A DNA stretch of 59,822 nt, the filler included. It is 4 parts of 4 records of this genome, joined end to end, with 100 filler letters (N's around TTAATTAATTAA, not from the genome) between each part and the next. Parts side by side here need not be neighbours in the genome. Positions count along the whole stretch, not along the records: positions 1 to 13,029 come from SRR22947727_2288; positions 13,130 to 34,582 come from SRR22947727_2290; 2 more parts are not named here. The stretch is one strand, 5' to 3'. Shown here one piece after another: positions 9,141 through 17,965 of the stretch. The translations under genes were made by a program, and so were the position numbers. Positions within the stretch are counted from its first letter, which is position 1. Every line of letters begins with the position of its first letter. The notes beneath the pieces are model-generated. The model did not search any database, was not told where the DNA came from, and saw only the letters and a list, made by a program, of their open reading frames with translations.

Positions 9141-10373
9141 ATGGCAGAATGGAAAAAAGTCGCGGTCTCCGGAAGCGATGTATCCCAATTTAACAATGAT
9201 GCTGGATATTTAACATCAGTAACAGCACAGAACGCTTTCGCAACTGCATCCTTCGATGGTACTGAATTATTAGCAAACGATGCTAATGGAAATCTAACAT
9301 TTGCTTCATCATCAGATCAAGGACTTACTATTTCAGCTGATGCAGGATCAGATACATTAACATTTGGTTTAAATGCTATCCCAAATTCATCTTTAGCTAA
9401 TAGTACTATAAGTGGAAAAGCTTTAGGAACTAACCTAGATGATTTAACAGTTGATGATGCTACTTTAGAATTAAATACTGGTACAACTTATAATGGTAGT
9501 GCTGCTAGAACAATTAGCATTAAGGATGGTGGAGTTGATACAGATGCTATTGCAGATTCATTAGGTACAATTGGTGTGAATAGTTTCACAGGTTCATTTA
9601 GTGGTTCATTCATTGGAACAACAGATCTACCAGATTTAACAGATGGAAATGGTATTGCTGATTTCACTTATGATGGATCTGGTACAGCTACAGTTGCTGT
9701 TCAAGCTGATTCAACTACAGGTGGTAATGTAAAACCTGTTTCTGTAGGTGCTAATGGTGTTGGTTTAGATGTAGATACTATTGATGGAACTGGTTTGTCT
9801 GCTAATGGTAGTGGGTTACTAGATGTAGATTATGGTTCATCAGCTGGAACTGCAGTTGAAGGTAATACTACAATCACATTAACTCAAACAGCAGGAGAAA
9901 TTGATATCACAGGAACACCTGCACAAGCATTAGGGGGGGCTCCTTCATACACTATTGGTTTAGCCGATACAATCTCAGGTGATAGAACATTCTCAGGTGA
10001 TACTATTACAATCAATAACGATCTTATTGTTCAAGGTACAGCTTCATTCCAAAATACTACTAATTTAGAAGTAGCAGATAGGTTTGTATTATTTGCTTCT
10101 GGTTCAACTAGTACTGGAGATGGTGGTATTGTAGTACAACAAGCAACTCAAGATGTAGGTGAGCTATTTGGATATGATTCAGGAGCAACACGTTGGGGTG
10201 TAACAAGTAGTTTCTCTGCTGATAGTTCAGCATATACTCCAGATGCATTCATGTCAGCAGTAACAACATTAGCTAGTACTAACCCAAATACATCGGGTCC
10301 AGATGCAAGATATGACGCAGTAGGTAACATTTATGTATCATCAGGAGATGAAAGTATTTGGATATACGCTTAA
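9141..10373 (+). CDS. Phage fibre/whisker-like virion protein
   Basis: N-terminal WKKVAVSGS, SQFNNDAGYLT repeat, S/T/G/D-rich composition. Confidence 0.6.
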   Translation: MAEWKKVAVSGSDVSQFNNDAGYLTSVTAQNAFATASFDGTELLANDANGNLTFASSSDQGLTISADAGSDTLTFGLNAIPNSSLANSTISGKALGTNLDDLTVDDATLELNTGTTYNGSAARTISIKDGGVDTDAIADSLGTIGVNSFTGSFSGSFIGTTDLPDLTDGNGIADFTYDGSGTATVAVQADSTTGGNVKPVSVGANGVGLDVDTIDGTGLSANGSGLLDVDYGSSAGTAVEGNTTITLTQTAGEIDITGTPAQALGGAPSYTIGLADTISGDRTFSGDTITINNDLIVQGTASFQNTTNLEVADRFVLFASGSTSTGDGGIVVQQATQDVGELFGYDSGATRWGVTSSFSADSSAYTPDAFMSAVTTLASTNPNTSGPDARYDAVGNIYVSSGDESIWIYA

Positions 10374-10395
10374 TTTTGAAAAGATAAAAATAGTT

Positions 10396-10602
10396 ATGGG
10401 TTTTAAGGCATCAAGTCTAAAAGTAAAAGATCAAACACAAGAAAATAAAAACACCTCTCTATCCCCTGAGCAATTAAACCCTCAGGAGATAGAGATTTTG
10501 CTTTCTTTAGTAAAAAGATCAACTTTCGTTGGAGGTGATATTGAGAGTTTGTATAATTTGGTAGTTAAACTGCAAAAGCAGTATACAAACCAAACCAAGT
10601 AA
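10396..10602 (+). CDS. Small helical phage protein (paralog of next ORF)
   Basis: Likely ATG at 10396; L..QE..IL.L....F.G.D...L..L..KL pattern. Confidence 0.6.
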   Translation: MGFKASSLKVKDQTQENKNTSLSPEQLNPQEIEILLSLVKRSTFVGGDIESLYNLVVKLQKQYTNQTK

Positions 10603-10603
10603 T

Positions 10604-10804
10604 ATGAATAATCATACACTCAAAAATCTATCATTAGAAGAAGTTGCAGCTCTGCGACAATCTCTAAATGTTATTGATATCAAAGGATCATCTGCCCAAT
10701 TTATTGCTACACTACAACAAAAGTTAGATAATAAAATATTTGAGATTCAAAAATCAAATCAAACTCCACCCCCTCCTACAACAAAGGCTAAAGGTAAAAA
10801 ATAA
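10604..10804 (+). CDS. Small helical phage protein (paralog of previous ORF)
   Basis: LSLEEVAALRQSL...IKG......ATLQQKL pattern. Confidence 0.6.
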   Translation: MNNHTLKNLSLEEVAALRQSLNVIDIKGSSAQFIATLQQKLDNKIFEIQKSNQTPPPPTTKAKGKK

Positions 10805-10810
10805 CTACAA

Positions 10811-10818
10811 TATTTATA
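10811..10818 (+). promoter_or_regulatory. Putative phage late promoter TATTTATA
   Basis: AATATTTATAAT immediately before the structured leader. Confidence 0.5.
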
Positions 10819-10821
10819 ATA

Positions 10822-10879
10822 GATTATAGGCCCCTAGAGGGAAGTGGGTAACACACATTTGTTATAACCAACCATAGTT
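10822..10879 (+). ncRNA. Candidate three-way-junction cis-regulatory RNA
   Basis: P1 GATTAT(A)GG/CCATAGTT, P2 CCC/GGG, P3 TGG.GTAACA/TGTTAT.AA.CCA; a GC-richer island inside an AT-rich UTR. Confidence 0.5.
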
Positions 10880-10890
10880 AAAAATATTTT

Positions 10891-13029
10891 ATGCCAAATT
10901 GGAAAAAGGTCATTACCTCTGGTAGTGACGCATCTTTAAACTCTTTACTAATAACAGACAACCTTGAGCTTACTGGCTCATTCAACCACACAGGTTCTTA
11001 TGAGTTAAACGGAACTATGATCATCTCAGGATCAGACCCAGGCCAACCACCCTCAGCCTTACAAATATTTGGAGATATCCAAACATACGGATATCACAGA
11101 TTTGATCCAGTAACAACAAATATTGATACAGACATATCAGCCTCATACATTTATGTATCAGGTTCAACACAAGATTTATACTTTTCACAAAACGGTAGAG
11201 GATATTCAAACACAACTCGACTAAGATGGTTAGAAGGTAATATTAATACTGGGATATTATATGGTGGTATAGTAAGTGGAACCCCAGGAACAACAACCTT
11301 TGATGTAGCTGCTGGGGAAGGTATTATTACAACGATGAATGCTTTTACAGCTAGTGAGGGACCAAATCCAACCCTTAATAACGTAAAGTGGGATGATTTT
11401 TCAAACCAATCAATTACAAATTTAGCAACTGCTGATACAACTTGGTTACTCATTGATGGTAGTGGTAACTTGATACAACAAACTTCATCTCCTACAGAAT
11501 TACAATTTAGAGAGAACATACAAGTGGGTGTAGTTTTACACCCCAACCGAACTAATATAACCTTAGTAAAATCCTTTACTCAACCCTCTTTCGCATCAAC
11601 ACAACAATTATTTACATTTGTAAGATCATTTGGTGGAGTTAAATTATCAGGTCATACAATCTCAGCAAATGGTACTAATCTATCGTTAGATAGATCAGCA
11701 GGTACTTCATTTGCAATTGGTAGGAACTATGCATTTGATCCTGATAACCCATCACTAATGACCGATGCAGCATATTCTGCTCCTGGAATATTTAGATACT
11801 ATGCATCTGGTTCTGGGTTTGCAACAACAACCGGAACTACAGTAATAGATCCTGATAACTATAATACTCCTAGCACTCCTACGGGATTATCATCAATGGA
11901 TCCTAATAAATTCCAAATCCAAAGAATATTTTTCTTCCCTAAATCACCAGACACATTAGGTGTTTATTATGGTAGACAACAATATGGTACAATATCACAA
12001 GCACTTCAAAATCTCCCGTATGAAGAATTTGAAGAAAATGATAATACAAGAAATCAAGCAGTATTTTTAGGATATTTAATAGTAGAAAGCGGTACAACAG
12101 ATTTAACAGATACAGATGATGCCAGATTTATCCAAGCAGGAGCATTTAGAACTACTGGAGCAGGTGGGGCAGCTAGTGCGCCCGTAGTAACAAACCTAGA
12201 AGATCTAAACGATGTAGCAATAGCATCTGTAGCAACTGGAGATCTACTATATTGGGAAGGGGCTGAATGGCAAAACACAGACACATTAAATGGAATAACA
12301 ATTACCGGATCATTTCAAGGAGATTTAGATGGCAATGCAGATACTGCAACATCAGCTTCATATGCAGCAACTGCATCATCAGGAGTAGACGGTTTTACAG
12401 TCCATGGAGATTTTATAGCAGATGGAAATATAACAGGTTCTTCAGCACAATTAACTTCAGTACCTTCAGGTACAACAGAAACAAATATATTATTAACAGA
12501 TGGTTCAGGTAATTTAGTTACTAGAACTGATTTATCTTTACAAGGTACCACTGGAGCTCAGGGTACTACAGGTGCAACTGGACCTCAAGGAACAACTGGA
12601 ACCACTGGTACTCAAGGAACAACTGGAGCAAATGGAGCTCAAGGAACAACTGGAGATACTGGATCTCAAGGCGCTACAGGAACACAAGGTACTACAGGTA
12701 CAACAGGTTCACAAGGAACCACAGGTGACACTGGAGCTACAGGCTCTCAGGGTGCAACAGGAACACAGGGTATAACAGGAGATACAGGAACACAAGGTAC
12801 TACAGGTACTCAGGGTATAACTGGAGCTACAGGCTCTCAGGGTGCAACTGGAGCTACAGGCTCTCAAGGTGCTACTGGAACACAGGGTATAACAGGAGAC
12901 ACTGGCTCTCAAGGTGCTACAGGTGCAACTGGTTCTCAAGGAGCAACGGGTAGTCAAGGAATAACTGGTGATACAGGTTCACAAGGCGCTACTGGAACAC
13001 AAGGAATAACTGGTGATACGGGTTCTCAA
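10891..13029 (+). CDS. Phage fibre protein with collagen-like domain (3'-truncated)
   Basis: N-terminal [16 protein letters not shown]...GDLLYW...W.N fibre motif, long G-X-Y run to the contig end. Confidence 0.75.
12541..13029 (+). repeat. Collagen-like (Gly-X-Y)n coding repeat
   Basis: Uninterrupted [21 protein letters not shown] units; the contig ends inside the repeat. Confidence 0.92.
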
Positions 13030-13129
13030 NNNNNNNNNNNNNNNNNNNNNNNNNNNNNNNNNNNNNNNNNNNNTTAATTAATTAANNNNNNNNNNNNNNN
13101 NNNNNNNNNNNNNNNNNNNNNNNNNNNNN
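13030..13129. other. Artificial contig-joining spacer
   Basis: N44-TTAATTAATTAA-N44, with stops in all six frames. Confidence 0.97.
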
Positions 13130-13324
13130 TTGTATGTCAATCTTGTAACCTGTCAACTTGGCAGCTAAACGAGCATTTTGTCCCTCTTTACCTATTGCAA
13201 GTGATAGTTGATTATCCTTTACGGTAACCTTTGCACTTTTTGTGTGTTCATCAATATCAACCATCTCTATGTCTGCTGGTCCTAAAGCTTCAATGATAAA
13301 TCTGACTTTATCTTCTCTCCACTC
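13130..13324 (-). other. nusA: NusA C-terminal KH-domain fragment fused in frame to pyrH (probable chimera)
   Basis: [17 protein letters not shown]...[26 protein letters not shown] is the NusA second KH domain. Confidence 0.85.
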
Positions 13325-13885
13325 AACAACATTAGTATATGAAATGTTAGCGAAAAGTTCTGCAGATTTGTCTACTTCTGGGTCAGATGAATACACACCT
13401 TCTACTCTTGTTGATTTAAGTACTATATCTGCTTCTATCTCATTAGCTCTTAAAGAAGCTGCAGTGTCAGTTGTAAAATAAGGGTTACCTGTACCTGCTG
13501 CAAATATAACAATACGTCCTTTTTCAAGATGACGAATAGCACGTAATCGTATGTATGGTTCAGCAACAGCGGTCATTGTTATTGCGGATTGAACACGAGT
13601 CTGAGTTCCATTTCTATCAAGGGCATCCTTTAAAGCTACAGCATTGATTACAGTTGCTAACATACCCATGTAATCAGCATTTGCTTGAGCCATGCCTTTT
13701 GCAGACTCTTGAACACCTCTAAAAAAGTTTCCTCCACCTACAACAACTGCAATCTCAATTCCTTCAGCATTAGCTTTAGAAATCTGATTAGCAATGTTTG
13801 TTAAAATTGAAGGTGAGATACCAAAATTGGTATCTGAATCAGCAAATGATTCTCCAGAGAGTTTTAAAAGTACTCTCTTGGTCAT
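13325..13885 (-). CDS. pyrH: UMP kinase (C-terminus replaced by NusA sequence)
   Basis: [42 protein letters not shown]; directly downstream of tsf. Confidence 0.9.
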
Positions 13886-14494
13886 TTAGGAACCTACTTC
13901 CACCCTAGAAAACTGTTTAATATAGATTTTTTCTCCTAGTTTTCCTGACATTTCTTCTATCATAGTGCTAACTTTTCCTTCATATATCTCAGGATTGCAA
14001 AAAATTTGTTCGTTAAGAACATTGTCTTTGTAAAAAGAGACGATACGACCTTCGATTATCTTTTCAATAACTTCAGCAGGTTTACCCTCATTTTCTGATT
14101 GTTTTGAAATGATATCTTTTTCCTCTTGAAGTTTCTCTTCTGAGATGTCTTCAATGTTTAAGTAAGTTGGTTTCATAGCTGCGATATGCATGGCTATTTG
14201 CTTTGCTGCATCTTTAAATTCCTCAGATTTAGCTACAAAGTCTGTTTCGCAAGCAAGTTCAACCAATACACCAGATACTGCTCGATCTTGTTGGTAATGA
14301 ATATAATCACCTATGGTTCCTTGATTAGCCTCTTTATCTGCTCTTTTTTTCGAGTCAGCTAATCCTTTCTCTCTTAAGTATTTGACCGCTGCATCGAAAT
14401 CGCCTTCGGATTCAGTTAAAGCTTTTTTAGCATCCATCATTCCTGCACCAGTCATATCTCTAAGTTTTTTAACATCAGAAGCTGAAATACTCAT
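13886..14494 (-). CDS. tsf: Elongation factor Ts (short form)
   Basis: VKKLRDMTGAGMMDAKKAL, ELACETDFVAK. Confidence 0.96.
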   Translation of the reverse strand: MSISASDVKKLRDMTGAGMMDAKKALTESEGDFDAAVKYLREKGLADSKKRADKEANQGTIGDYIHYQQDRAVSGVLVELACETDFVAKSEEFKDAAKQIAMHIAAMKPTYLNIEDISEEKLQEEKDIISKQSENEGKPAEVIEKIIEGRIVSFYKDNVLNEQIFCNPEIYEGKVSTMIEEMSGKLGEKIYIKQFSRVEVGS

Positions 14495-15204
14495 TAATCA
14501 TCTCCCTTTTCTGCTTTTTCAGTTTGAAGCCCTGCACCTTTAGCGCAAGCTCCAGCAATCGCTGCAGTAACTACTTCTATGGATCTTATAGCATCATCAT
14601 TTCCAGGAATGACAATATCTACACCAGTTGGGTCCACATTTGAATCTGCAATACCGATAACAGGAATATTTAGTTTATTAGCTTCAGTCAAAGCAGTTGA
14701 TTCATTCATAAGATCAACAATAAATATTGCATCAGGAAGTTTGTTTAAGTTAACAATTCCACCGATTGATCGGGTTAACTTTGCAATCTCTCTTCTAATT
14801 CTTAGCCTTTCTGGCTTAGGGTAAGCATTAATCTCACCAGAATCTTCAAGAGAGATAAGTTCTTTTAGATAGATAACTCTTTTTATAATAGTTTTAAAGT
14901 TTGTAAGCATTCCACCTAACCATCTATGGTTTACATAAGGCATACCAGCAGCTTCTGCTTGCTCCTGAATAACATTTTGAGCTTGAGGTTTTGTACCTAC
15001 AAAAAGTACTTTCCCGCTATTTGCTACAATTTTTTGAACGAATGCTTCTGCTTCTGCAATTGCATCGTAAGTAATGCGTAAATCTAAAATGTGAATTCCG
15101 CTTTTGTCCCCGTAAATAAATTTATCCATTTTAGGGTTCCATCTTTGTGTTTGATGGCCGAAGTGAACTCCTGCTTCTAAGAGTTCTTTCATGTTCGTAC
15201 TCAT
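14494..15204 (-). CDS. rpsB: 30S ribosomal protein S2
   Basis: LLEAGVHFGHQT, RWLGGMLTNF, PGNDDAIRS. Confidence 0.98.
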   Translation of the reverse strand: MSTNMKELLEAGVHFGHQTQRWNPKMDKFIYGDKSGIHILDLRITYDAIAEAEAFVQKIVANSGKVLFVGTKPQAQNVIQEQAEAAGMPYVNHRWLGGMLTNFKTIIKRVIYLKELISLEDSGEINAYPKPERLRIRREIAKLTRSIGGIVNLNKLPDAIFIVDLMNESTALTEANKLNIPVIGIADSNVDPTGVDIVIPGNDDAIRSIEVVTAAIAGACAKGAGLQTEKAEKGDD

Positions 15205-15207
15205 TAT

Positions 15208-15295
15208 TCTCCTTTGGTTGTTTCATCCCACATCTATTACTTTCGCGGCTTCCAAGCTTTCGCTCACCAAGGAAGCTTTAAAGATATGGTGTCTA
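15208..15295 (-). ncRNA. Putative rpsB (S2) autoregulatory leader
   Basis: Structured 5' UTR with CCATATCT/AGATGTGG closing stem and internal GCTTCC/GGAAGC helix, ending in AAAGGAG SD before rpsB. Confidence 0.55.
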
Positions 15296-15330
15296 TTTCT
15301 TTTTAAATGATAACCATGAATGGTTATTAA

Positions 15331-16191
15331 TCAACCTCTAGGATGAGTTCTTTTAAATTTTTCCTTAAGTTGTTTTTTTGAAACATGTGTATATATCTGA
15401 GTAGTACTTGGATCTGTATGGCCCAAGAGTTCTTGTACAACTCTAAGATCTGCTCCTCCATCCAGTAAATGTGTTGCAAACGTATGTCTAATACTGTGTG
15501 GAAATGTTCCTAAGCGTAATTTAACTATCCTTCTTACTTCTCTATCGGTTATCTGGCTTCCTTTAACTCCTAAATAAAGAAAATTATCCGATGATGGGGT
15601 AACTAATTTATGTCTATTTTCGGACCAGAGTAAATAATATTTATATGCTTGTTTAGTCATAGGGAGTATTCGTGTTTTACTACCCTTTCCAAGTACCCGT
15701 ACCGACATATTGTTTTTTATATCCGGTAGTTGAAGATTTGTTAATTCAGAAACCCTCAATCCTGACGAGTATAAAAGCTCTACTATAGAACGATCTCTGA
15801 TCTCTTTTACTGTGGTTACGGGTATATCGTTCATTAAAGAATTTATATAATTGCTAGTCATAACATTAGGAAGTTTTTTCTCAGTTTTTAATGCTTTGAA
15901 ATTAGAGTTATCAGGGATATCCATTTTTTTAGACTTATTACACCAGTTCAAAAAAGATGTGAGTGAGGCAATCTTTCTATTTAACGTTCTCTTTGAATAA
16001 TTCTCCATTGCTAGATTTTGAATATATTTCTCTAGATCTAAAGAGTTTGAAATATTAATAAAATTATAAAACTGTTTAATATCTGTTTTATACGCAAGAA
16101 CAGTGTGATCAGAGTAATTTTTTAAATCTTTTATCGTAACTAAGTATTCGCTTAGCAATAAGTTCTGATCTTGTTTATTGGTTATTTTCAA
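15331..16191 (-). CDS. xerC: XerC-like tyrosine recombinase
   Basis: LLYSSGLRVSEL, HSIRHTFATHLL, LLGH...TTQIYTH; usual actinobacterial position upstream of rpsB. Confidence 0.85.
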   Translation of the reverse strand: MKITNKQDQNLLLSEYLVTIKDLKNYSDHTVLAYKTDIKQFYNFINISNSLDLEKYIQNLAMENYSKRTLNRKIASLTSFLNWCNKSKKMDIPDNSNFKALKTEKKLPNVMTSNYINSLMNDIPVTTVKEIRDRSIVELLYSSGLRVSELTNLQLPDIKNNMSVRVLGKGSKTRILPMTKQAYKYYLLWSENRHKLVTPSSDNFLYLGVKGSQITDREVRRIVKLRLGTFPHSIRHTFATHLLDGGADLRVVQELLGHTDPSTTQIYTHVSKKQLKEKFKRTHPRG

Positions 16192-16933
16192 GTCTTTTCT
16201 CTAACTTTCTCTGAAGGGCTGAGAGAAACAATGTAATACATAGGTACAAAACTGTTAGTACCAAATAGGTTTCTGCAAATCTAAACGTACTACCAGAATA
16301 TAATCGACCTCTATAAGTAAGATCCTCCACAGCTAACACAGACAACAATGAGGAATCTTTCATCATTGAAATAAAATCATTGCCTAGAGCTGGAAGCATA
16401 TTTCTGAAGGCTTGAGGAAGAACAATAAATCTCATTACTTGTCTATCGGTTAATCCAAGGGATGCTCCCCCTTCACGTTGTCCTTGAGGAACTGATTCAA
16501 TACCTGCCCTAAAAACTTCAGCGATATAAGCACCATAAAAAACAGATAAAGCAATTATTGCACGAACCAACATTGGGACATTGCCATTGTTGATATTGAA
16601 AAATTCAGCAGTGTTGGCAACAAGTACGAAGGCTACAGTAAATATAAGTATGAGAACTGGAACACCCCTGATAAATTCGATGTAGGTTCTAGATAAGGTA
16701 CTTGCAACTTTATTTTTGGAAATACGACCTATTCCAGAAACTAGACCAAGAAATAATGCAATAACGAAAGATGCAAGTGTAGATAAAAAGGTAAGTTTTA
16801 AACCAGGAAGTATGAAATAAAAGGCTTTGTTATATTCAGGATCGACAACAATTATATAAAACATCCAAGCGATAATGAAAGATAAGATTATCATCCACCA
16901 GTTTTCAGGTTTGAAAAGGTTTTTAAGTTTCAT
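16175..16933 (-). CDS. Polar amino acid ABC transporter permease
   Basis: YIEFIRGVP, AEVFRAGIESVPQGQ (EAA-like loop), LGNDFISMMKDSSL. Confidence 0.9.
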   Translation of the reverse strand: MKLKNLFKPENWWMIILSFIIAWMFYIIVVDPEYNKAFYFILPGLKLTFLSTLASFVIALFLGLVSGIGRISKNKVASTLSRTYIEFIRGVPVLILIFTVAFVLVANTAEFFNINNGNVPMLVRAIIALSVFYGAYIAEVFRAGIESVPQGQREGGASLGLTDRQVMRFIVLPQAFRNMLPALGNDFISMMKDSSLLSVLAVEDLTYRGRLYSGSTFRFAETYLVLTVLYLCITLFLSALQRKLEKRLENNQ

Positions 16934-16951
16934 TCTTTACCATATTAAAGC

Positions 16952-16977
16952 AATAGGCACGGATTTCCGTGCCTATT
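16952..16977. terminator. Perfect inverted repeat / terminator
   Basis: AATAGGCACGGA-TT-TCCGTGCCTATT between the SBP and permease genes. Confidence 0.7.
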
Positions 16978-17005
16978 ACAATTTAAATTTTTATAAATTT
17001 AAAAG

Positions 17006-17890
17006 TTATACTTCACAGTCCTCAGGAAGATATTCAGCTGGAATGTTTTCATCACATTCTGCAATATCATCATAAGTTACTGAAAAATCAGGAGAGAAGA
17101 ATTTAGCATTAATCTCTGCAAGTTTTCCACTGTCTTTCATAGCAGCTAATCCTTGATTGACTACGTCAACAAGAGGGCTTCCATTAGGAAATGCAAATCC
17201 AAGTTGTTCTGAAGTAAGATCTCCACCAACTAGTTTCACTTTATCTTTGTTTGCGCCCATGTATCCAAGACCTGCTGTTTCATCAATAATTGATGCATCA
17301 GCGTCTCCTGAGATAACAGCAGCTATAGCGAAATCAAAAGTATCAAAAGCTTTGACTTTATCTTCACCTAAAGCTCCAACTGCAAACTCGTAGTTTGTTG
17401 TACCTTTTTGTACAGCAACTGTATAGTCTCCTGCTTTAAGGTCATCAATGCTCATTACCATTGAATTATCAACTGCAACAAGTACCTTTTGAGCTAAGTT
17501 TATGTAACCATCAGAAAAGTCAACAATTTCATCTCTTTCAGATGTAATTGTTATACCATCACCAGCAATCATGAACTGACCGTCAGCTGTTGCTTGGATC
17601 ATTCCATCCCATGCTGTTGGAACATATACAGGGGTAAAGTTCATCAACTCTCCCATGTGATTGAAAACGTCATAATCCCAACCTAAAGCTTCGCCTGTTT
17701 CAGCGTCAATATAGTTGAATGGAAGATATGCGTTCTCAACAGCGAATGTAAATTCACATCCACCAAGATCTGGTAATCCGTTATCACCAGTTGTAATATC
17801 TACCTCGTCGCAGGGAGTAGCAGTACCTGAACAAGCAGTAGCCACCATTGCGAGAGCAAATATTAAAATAAGTGTTTTCTTATTTTTCAA
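17006..17890 (-). CDS. Polar amino acid ABC substrate-binding lipoprotein
   Basis: Lipobox ATAC, ENAYLPFNY, ITITSER, VQKGTT; TTG start with GGAGG SD. Confidence 0.88.
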   Translation of the reverse strand: MKNKKTLILIFALAMVATACSGTATPCDEVDITTGDNGLPDLGGCEFTFAVENAYLPFNYIDAETGEALGWDYDVFNHMGELMNFTPVYVPTAWDGMIQATADGQFMIAGDGITITSERDEIVDFSDGYINLAQKVLVAVDNSMVMSIDDLKAGDYTVAVQKGTTNYEFAVGALGEDKVKAFDTFDFAIAAVISGDADASIIDETAGLGYMGANKDKVKLVGGDLTSEQLGFAFPNGSPLVDVVNQGLAAMKDSGKLAEINAKFFSPDFSVTYDDIAECDENIPAEYLPEDCEV

Positions 17891-17965
17891 TTTTTAAACC
17901 TCCGTTTAAGTTAAGTGATAAGTATTGCATAAATATACATAAACATGAATATTTATTCAGAATTT

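Noticed and set aside
10819-10890. Leader as a hammerhead, HDV/theta ribozyme, c-di-GMP or cobalamin riboswitch, or terminator
   Set aside because: Lacks CUGANGA/GAAA, the HDV nested pseudoknot and the riboswitch consensus cores as far as I can judge by eye; no U-tract.
12541-13029. Tandem DNA repeats as a CRISPR array or DGR template/variable repeat
   Set aside because: Degenerate in-frame 9/18/27-nt units encoding Gly-X-Y; no constant repeat with unique spacers, no adenine-specific variation, no RT or cas genes.
1-13029. Alternative genetic code in the phage
   Set aside because: Genes are full-length and densely packed under the standard code.
13030-13129. TTAATTAATTAA palindrome within N-runs (also at 34583 and 42141) as a biological repeat or att site
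   Set aside because: Identical N-flanked six-frame-stop linker; an assembly artefact.
1-16191. Phage region as a prophage integrated in the actinobacterial chromosome, with the tyrosine recombinase as integrase
   Set aside because: Separated by an artificial spacer. The recombinase looks like housekeeping XerC at its usual position near rpsB, and translation signals differ.
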